A stretch of 64,000 bases of DNA from an uncultured Bacteriovoracaceae bacterium (GTDB lineage Bacteria; Bdellovibrionota; Bacteriovoracia; Bacteriovoracales; Bacteriovoracaceae). Made by a program: the position numbers and the translations under genes. The stretch is taken from positions 1 to 64,000 of the forward strand of contig CAXGUD010000003.1 in the NCBI GenBank assembly GCA_964012805.1, in the 5' to 3' direction. The notes under the pieces were generated by a model that searched no databases, had not been told where the DNA came from, and was given only the letters and a program-made list of their open reading frames with translations. Within the stretch, counting starts at the first letter, position 1; every line of letters starts with the position of its first letter. Below, piece by piece: positions 58,964 through 64,000 of the stretch.

Positions 58964-60874
58964 ATGAAAAGACAAACTGGTAATTATTTTGTTGTCACCT
59001 TAAGCGCGATTATCATGGTTTTAACCGTTTATATCGGAAATTCGTGGTTAAAGCGTTTTAAGGTAGACATGACCGAAGAAAAACTTTACACACTTTCAAA
59101 TGGCTCGAAGGATATTTTAAAAAAATTAAATACTCCTTTGACTTTGAAACTTTACTACTCAAAAACAAGTGCTAATAAAGGAACTGAGGGCCTAAGAATA
59201 TTTAATAATTATTTCTTCTATGTGAAGGACTTATTGGAAGAGTACGTTGCTCATTCAAGAAATAATCTAAGACTTCAGGTCATTGATCCTAGACCAGATA
59301 CTAAGGAAGAGGAAGAAGCTTCTACCTACGGGTTAAAAAAGTTTCAGTTGACTGAAACCGAAAAATATTTTTTTGGTCTCGTTGTGGAGAATAATGTAGG
59401 GACTGAAAAAATTATTGAATTCTTTGATCCTGGCCAACAAGAAAACCTAGAGTATGAAGTCACCAGGTTGATTTATTCAGTTATTAATCCGAGGAAGAAA
59501 AGCGTTGGTATTCTTTCTTCTCTCCCTATCTTAAATGATAAGATGACTCCTTACATGGCTCAATTAATGAGGATGCAAGGAAAAGCACCTCAAGAATCCT
59601 GGATAATTACTAAGCTTATGCAGGAGTTCTACGATGTTAAAAATATTGAGCCGGATACTGAAAAAATTTCTGGTTTAGATATTTTGATGATTGCTCATCC
59701 TAAAAATCTATCTGAAAAAACTCTTTGGGCCATTGACCAATATGTATTAGGTGGCGGAAAAGTCCTTCTTTTTGTTGACCCTTATTCGATTGTTGACAAC
59801 GTTATTTCTAAGGCAAGAGCTGGAGCTGAGAAAAAGTCAAACCTCAAAAAGTTGATGACTAAGTGGGGGGTAGAGCTAGAAGAGAAAAAACTAGCTGGAG
59901 ACCGCTTTTTAAGTGGTGTAGGTAGAATGAATGCTAGAATGCAACCTCAGAGATTGCTTGCTCTCTTAGAGTGTGATCAAAGATGCGGTGCTGAATTTAA
60001 GGATGCTATTACTTATAAACTCGGAAGCATGACATTCCTTTACCCTGGCAGTTTGAGGGTAATTGATAAAAAGCAAAAAGATAAAAAGATCTATCCTATT
60101 CTAGGGACAACCAACAAAGGTAATTCATACGAGTTTTCCACATGGAAGTTAAGTGATCCTACCTATTTATGGAAAAATTTTAAAGACGGTAGCAAGCCTG
60201 TTCATTTAGCTTATAAAATTGTTGGTAAGTTTGAATCAGCGTTTCCAAATGGAGTGAGTGTTAAGAAAAAGGATCAAAAGGATAAGGTTGAAAAAGAGAT
60301 CCTTCTCACGGGACTAAAGAAGTCGACAAAAGAATCCGCGGTAATTGTTTTTAGTGATGTTGACTTTATCCACGATCAGTTTTCTTTTAAAAACTCTGTT
60401 TTTGGTATTGGTTTGGCAAATGAAAATTCCACTCTTGTATTAAATTCTTTGGAACAACTTGGTGGTTCAAGAGAATTGTTGGAAGTACGTTCAAAGGGTC
60501 GATTTAACCGTTCATTTGATGTTGTAGATAAGATTGAGTTTGATGCTCAAAAAAATACAGCTGAAAAAGTTTCTGAGATCAATAAGAGAATTGAAAGTTT
60601 TGAAAAAGAATTGGGAGAACTAGGTAGAAAAATGAATGAAGGTAATATCGGCTTAATTCAAAACGAAGGTATTAAGAAGAAAAAAGAATTAACTAAAGTT
60701 ATTGCAAAATTAAAGGGTGAACTTCGTGATGTGAAAAGAGAGGGGAGAGAAAAGATTGAGAAGCTTGGTTCAAACCTCCAGTACTTAAATACTCTTTTTA
60801 TGCCTTCGATTCTTTTAGTTTTTGGGATCTTTTTCCAAATGAGAAGAAAGAAAGGTATCAGAAAAGATTCTTAA
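58964..60874 (+). CDS. GldG-like ABC auxiliary component
   Basis: DMTEEKLYTLS, LEYEVT, IDQYVLGGGKVLLFVDP; TM at both ends; ATG at 58964. Confidence 0.88.
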   Translation: MKRQTGNYFVVTLSAIIMVLTVYIGNSWLKRFKVDMTEEKLYTLSNGSKDILKKLNTPLTLKLYYSKTSANKGTEGLRIFNNYFFYVKDLLEEYVAHSRNNLRLQVIDPRPDTKEEEEASTYGLKKFQLTETEKYFFGLVVENNVGTEKIIEFFDPGQQENLEYEVTRLIYSVINPRKKSVGILSSLPILNDKMTPYMAQLMRMQGKAPQESWIITKLMQEFYDVKNIEPDTEKISGLDILMIAHPKNLSEKTLWAIDQYVLGGGKVLLFVDPYSIVDNVISKARAGAEKKSNLKKLMTKWGVELEEKKLAGDRFLSGVGRMNARMQPQRLLALLECDQRCGAEFKDAITYKLGSMTFLYPGSLRVIDKKQKDKKIYPILGTTNKGNSYEFSTWKLSDPTYLWKNFKDGSKPVHLAYKIVGKFESAFPNGVSVKKKDQKDKVEKEILLTGLKKSTKESAVIVFSDVDFIHDQFSFKNSVFGIGLANENSTLVLNSLEQLGGSRELLEVRSKGRFNRSFDVVDKIEFDAQKNTAEKVSEINKRIESFEKELGELGRKMNEGNIGLIQNEGIKKKKELTKVIAKLKGELRDVKREGREKIEKLGSNLQYLNTLFMPSILLVFGIFFQMRRKKGIRKDS

Positions 60875-60889
60875 GGGGAGGATAAAAAA

Positions 60890-61951
60890 ATGGAAAAAAA
60901 GTTAAAAAAATTATCAGTTTTAACAGTTGTTCTCATTGCCCTTTCTATTTTTACTTATATTGAGGATCATAGAAGGGGAACAGGGCTTGCTTTAGGAAGT
61001 GATTTCATAGCCGGTTTTGATGTTGATAAAGTCGCTAAATTAGTTATTGAGGAGTTGGGAGATAACAATAAGTCCCATAAAGTGAGTCTTTTGAAAGAAG
61101 GGGAATCTTTTGTTTTAGAGGATTATTTCGCTTATCCAGCTTCCAATGAGAAAATTAATGATCTTCTATATAAAATTGCCAATATTCAAATTACCCAAAA
61201 GGTCTCTGAAAAAAAGAGCTCTCACCTTGAATACGATTTGACGAAAAAAAAGTCTAAGATTCGTGTTAGTGGCTTTGATAGAACGGGCTCCAAAACATTT
61301 GATTTCTATGTTGGTAAAAAGAAAAAGTACAATGGAAGTTTTATTCGCTTTGCGGATAAAAATCCAGTTTATTTATCTAGTAATGCTCTCTATATTAGTG
61401 GCGAAAAGGACTCTTATATAGAAACTGAACTGATGAATGTAGAAAAGAAAGACTTTGAGGGAATGAGTCTTATCTCTTCTGGAAAGAAGCTTTCCTTTGA
61501 GAAAATAGGTAGTGAAATCAGTTATAAGAGTAATAATTTAACTAGTGTAAACCTTGATGAAAAGAGCAAAGAGAAATTGCTAGATTTTGTAGAAGGTACA
61601 CAGCCGATCCATTTTAATGATTTTAAACCTATTGATTTTAAAGATTTAGCTGACCTTAAGTTTGATTTGAAATTAGAGTTAAAGTCGAAAAATAAAATGA
61701 TATATGATCTTCAGTTTTCGAAAGGAAAAGGGGATTATTATTTAAAAATTTCAAGCAGACTTGAAGATGTACCTGACAAGATAGTTATCTCTAAGGATGA
61801 CGACAAGAAAAAGTTAGCAGGAGTTGAAGACCTTTTAAAGGCCCAAAAAGAGGTTAATCAATTTAATTTAAGTAACTCTCGTTGGATTTTTAAAGTTGAT
61901 AAAACAACCTACGAAGATATTGAAAATTTTTTGAAAGATTTTAAATCCTAA
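60890..61951 (+). CDS. DUF4340-like periplasmic protein
   Basis: N-terminal anchor, YPASNEKINDLL; usual position after gldG-like genes. Confidence 0.7.
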   Translation: MEKKLKKLSVLTVVLIALSIFTYIEDHRRGTGLALGSDFIAGFDVDKVAKLVIEELGDNNKSHKVSLLKEGESFVLEDYFAYPASNEKINDLLYKIANIQITQKVSEKKSSHLEYDLTKKKSKIRVSGFDRTGSKTFDFYVGKKKKYNGSFIRFADKNPVYLSSNALYISGEKDSYIETELMNVEKKDFEGMSLISSGKKLSFEKIGSEISYKSNNLTSVNLDEKSKEKLLDFVEGTQPIHFNDFKPIDFKDLADLKFDLKLELKSKNKMIYDLQFSKGKGDYYLKISSRLEDVPDKIVISKDDDKKKLAGVEDLLKAQKEVNQFNLSNSRWIFKVDKTTYEDIENFLKDFKS

Positions 61952-61963
61952 ATTTAAGTAGAC

Positions 61964-62006
61964 GGGCCTTTTGACTTTTTATGTTGGACTTGACGTCAAA
62001 AGGCTC
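61964..62006. terminator. Hairpin between convergent genes
   Basis: GGGCCTTTTGAC...GTCAAAAGGCTC. Confidence 0.6.
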
Positions 62007-62131
62007 TTCTTTATCACTTCCTCTAATTTTCATTTAGAAAACTTATCAAAGGTATTTTTAAAATTCACGTTAGCAAAGTAGGTCGCTTTAAGCGAAAAGC
62101 CTAAGTTTAATTTCTCTTCAGCTTATATTAG

Positions 62132-62947
62132 TTAATTACAAGCTATTGCCTTGTCTTTCGTTAATGGGAAAAGACCAACTGAAAGTTGATAGACCTCTTT
62201 CTTCTCACCTTGCTCAAGGTAACCTGCAAGATTGCTCATGAAATCTTGTATCATTTTTTTTGCTAATTCCATCTTTTCAGTGTCAATAGCAATCGTTGTT
62301 GCTTGAAAGTTTCTTTGTGAGGAGGGGTCATTTTCTAATGAATGAAGACCACGGCAAAGAGTTTCTCTTTGATATTTTTTATGGTGAGACTTATAGTTTT
62401 GCGATTCCTGAGCGACGGGAACATTTGCATCTACTTTTTGGAGGCCACCTTTTTCGTCTTCTAACAGGAAGCCTAATCTAACAAGCCTTTCAATGGCAGT
62501 CATTGCTTTCTTTTCTGTAATTCCAAGCTTTTGAGCAATCCAAGTGGCATTTCCCTGAAAGCCCTGAATGTGGGTTAGTTCAAGTATAGAGAAGTGATGT
62601 AATTCACTTGTAACTTGAATTAAGTCTTCATTCATTTTTAAAAGATTTTCTCTTTTTTCTTGAGTTCTTTTTTCTCTTTTAAGGCTTAAGGCTTTTCTAT
62701 CTTCCATAACGGAAAAAAGAAAAAAGTCTCTCTCTTTGGTAGGTAGATCAAGCTTTGAAACTATTTTATTTGCCGTTTTCATTGTTATTGTTTGTTTATT
62801 AGAAAGAACTCTTGAAAGAGCTGCTACGTCGACACCTAAGCATTTTGCGAAGGCCCTTAAAGAATAGCGCGGGTTTCTACCATTTCTTTTTTGGAGTTCT
62901 TCCCTAAGCATTTCTCTGTAGTGATTACTTGTAACTTCCATTTTCAT
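62132..62947 (-). CDS. TIGR02147/DUF4423-type HTH protein
   Basis: RNPRYSLRAFAK.LG, WIAQKLGIT, VYQLSVGLFPL. Confidence 0.85.
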   Translation of the reverse strand: MKMEVTSNHYREMLREELQKRNGRNPRYSLRAFAKCLGVDVAALSRVLSNKQTITMKTANKIVSKLDLPTKERDFFLFSVMEDRKALSLKREKRTQEKRENLLKMNEDLIQVTSELHHFSILELTHIQGFQGNATWIAQKLGITEKKAMTAIERLVRLGFLLEDEKGGLQKVDANVPVAQESQNYKSHHKKYQRETLCRGLHSLENDPSSQRNFQATTIAIDTEKMELAKKMIQDFMSNLAGYLEQGEKKEVYQLSVGLFPLTKDKAIACN

Positions 62948-63124
62948 CTCCTAAATAACCTGCTTTTTCAAAATAAAAATTATTTAAGATACCTTAATTG
63001 CTTTTCAGGTTCCTTCTTGATGATGATTACCATTTCTTTTTGAATTGTTGAGATAGTCGACTGCTACAAGCCGAAAAAGCCCTCTAATGTAATAAATTGT
63101 AAGAAAAGGGGCCCTTTTTTCAGT

Positions 63125-63499
63125 TCACTTTGGGACTTTATGACCTTTTTTGAAGGTTAAAAAAAGGGAAATAAAGAGAGATCCGAAAGTTGAAATGACG
63201 GTAAGGTAGGTAATAAAGTTTGTTGAAAAGTCTTCGTTAAAAAGGTCATCAAGGATGTACTTTATATAAGAAGAGGGTAAATTAGTTTCCCCAATTTCTT
63301 GTTTAACTTTCCAGTGATAGTCAGTTAAGGGGCAATAACCTAAGCCGTACCATATCCCAATGATGAACCAGCAAAAAAGAGTGGAGAGGATTGTGATGAG
63401 GTGTAAGGTCCTGGTTTTCTTAGATATCCATCCAAAAAGGTTAAAAAAAATAAGAAACAAGTGGGTAAACTCAAGTAGCTTATCTAATAGGAAGTTCAA
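63125..63499 (-). CDS. DUF2784-like membrane protein
   Basis: H..LI.FNLFGW, GYCPLTDYHW; TTG at 63499 after AAGGAG removes the overlap seen in the track. Confidence 0.75.
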   Translation of the reverse strand: MNFLLDKLLEFTHLFLIFFNLFGWISKKTRTLHLITILSTLFCWFIIGIWYGLGYCPLTDYHWKVKQEIGETNLPSSYIKYILDDLFNEDFSTNFITYLTVISTFGSLFISLFLTFKKGHKVPK

Positions 63500-63503
63500 A
63501 GTC

Positions 63504-64000
63504 TTATTTCTCCTTTCCTTTATTTGCTTGAAAAGAGATTTTTTTAAAAGAAAGGGCATCAACAGGACAGGCATCAATGCAACCACCGCACCCAATGCAA
63601 GGTGTTGTATCAAGCCCAAAAGATTTTTTTATAGGAGCTTTATCAAGGTGAGCATATGATGCTACATCGATTCCCATTGGGCATGCTTGGGAGCAAAGGT
63701 TAGCCCCTATACATTTGTCGTTAGGTTGAATTTTAAATTTAGTTTTGCCAAAACGACCAAATAATTCCATTCCTTTAGCTAAAGGGCATCCGTAGCGGCA
63801 CCATACCCTTGTTCCTAAAAAAGGATAGGCGCAAATTCCTATAATGGCGCCAAATACAAAGTCAACAATGAAGTCGTTGTAAAACCTTCCAGCTTCTATA
63901 AGGTTGGTTGCCGTTACAACTTTAATAATATCCAAAAATAAAACAAAGCCAAAAAGGATGCCTCCTATTAAGAAAGCCGTTTGAAGATGCTCAAGCTTTT
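63504..64000 (-). CDS. Membrane 4Fe-4S binding protein (NapH/FixG-like C-terminus), 5'-truncated
   Basis: WCRYGCP, CSQACPMGID, CIGCGGCIDACP; frame open to the window end. Confidence 0.85.
   Translation of the reverse strand, partial: KLEHLQTAFLIGGILFGFVLFLDIIKVVTATNLIEAGRFYNDFIVDFVFGAIIGICAYPFLGTRVWCRYGCPLAKGMELFGRFGKTKFKIQPNDKCIGANLCSQACPMGIDVASYAHLDKAPIKKSFGLDTTPCIGCGGCIDACPVDALSFKKISFQANKGKEK

Noticed and set aside
63500..63619. Long overlap between the DUF2784-like and 4Fe-4S genes
   Set aside because: Disappears when the RBS-supported TTG at 63499 is used.
1256..63659. Many short ORFs in the track antisense to or nested in long genes (e.g. 2182..2457, 25627..26112, 28145..28546, 51872..52180)
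   Set aside because: Shadow frames of well-supported genes, with no motifs or RBS.
1..64000. rRNA, tRNA, IS elements, prophage
   Set aside because: None recognised; intergenic gaps are short and AT-rich. tRNAscan-SE and Infernal would be needed to exclude small RNAs.

Overview
AT-rich bacterial chromosome segment. Gene content (CarD/CdnL, a TIGR02147-type HTH, a DUF4360-like secreted protein, many orphan CheY/CheX/CheA-like and HD-GYP-like proteins) suggests Bdellovibrionota, probably Bacteriovorax/Halobacteriovorax-like; this is inference. It holds housekeeping genes (sucCD, ndk, carD, cysS, uvrB, a UvrD/Rep helicase, metG, dtd) and amino-acid catabolism (paaG/paaA-like/thiolase, hppD, a fused Ior, a Liu leucine pathway, an FAA hydrolase, maiA). 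A GldA/F/G-type ABC operon lies near the right end. The main finding is an ~18 kb signalling island (9.8-27.6 kb) built from chemotaxis parts but with no MCP, CheW, CheR or CheB in the window. It has three CheA-like kinases that lack the P5 domain and carry their own sensors, two of them ending in an apparent dead second HATPase. It also has four CheX-family proteins, three with a shared acidic-hydrophobic tail, and a His-less pseudo-Hpt ending in a CheZ-like peptide. Other points: a lone PaaA-like di-iron protein next to Ior, a probable ATT start codon for maiA, a possible single-lobe substrate-binding protein and an 11-bp tandem repeat upstream of paaG. No rRNA, tRNA, CRISPR or IS was recognised. 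All family calls come from motif recognition by eye, not database searches.
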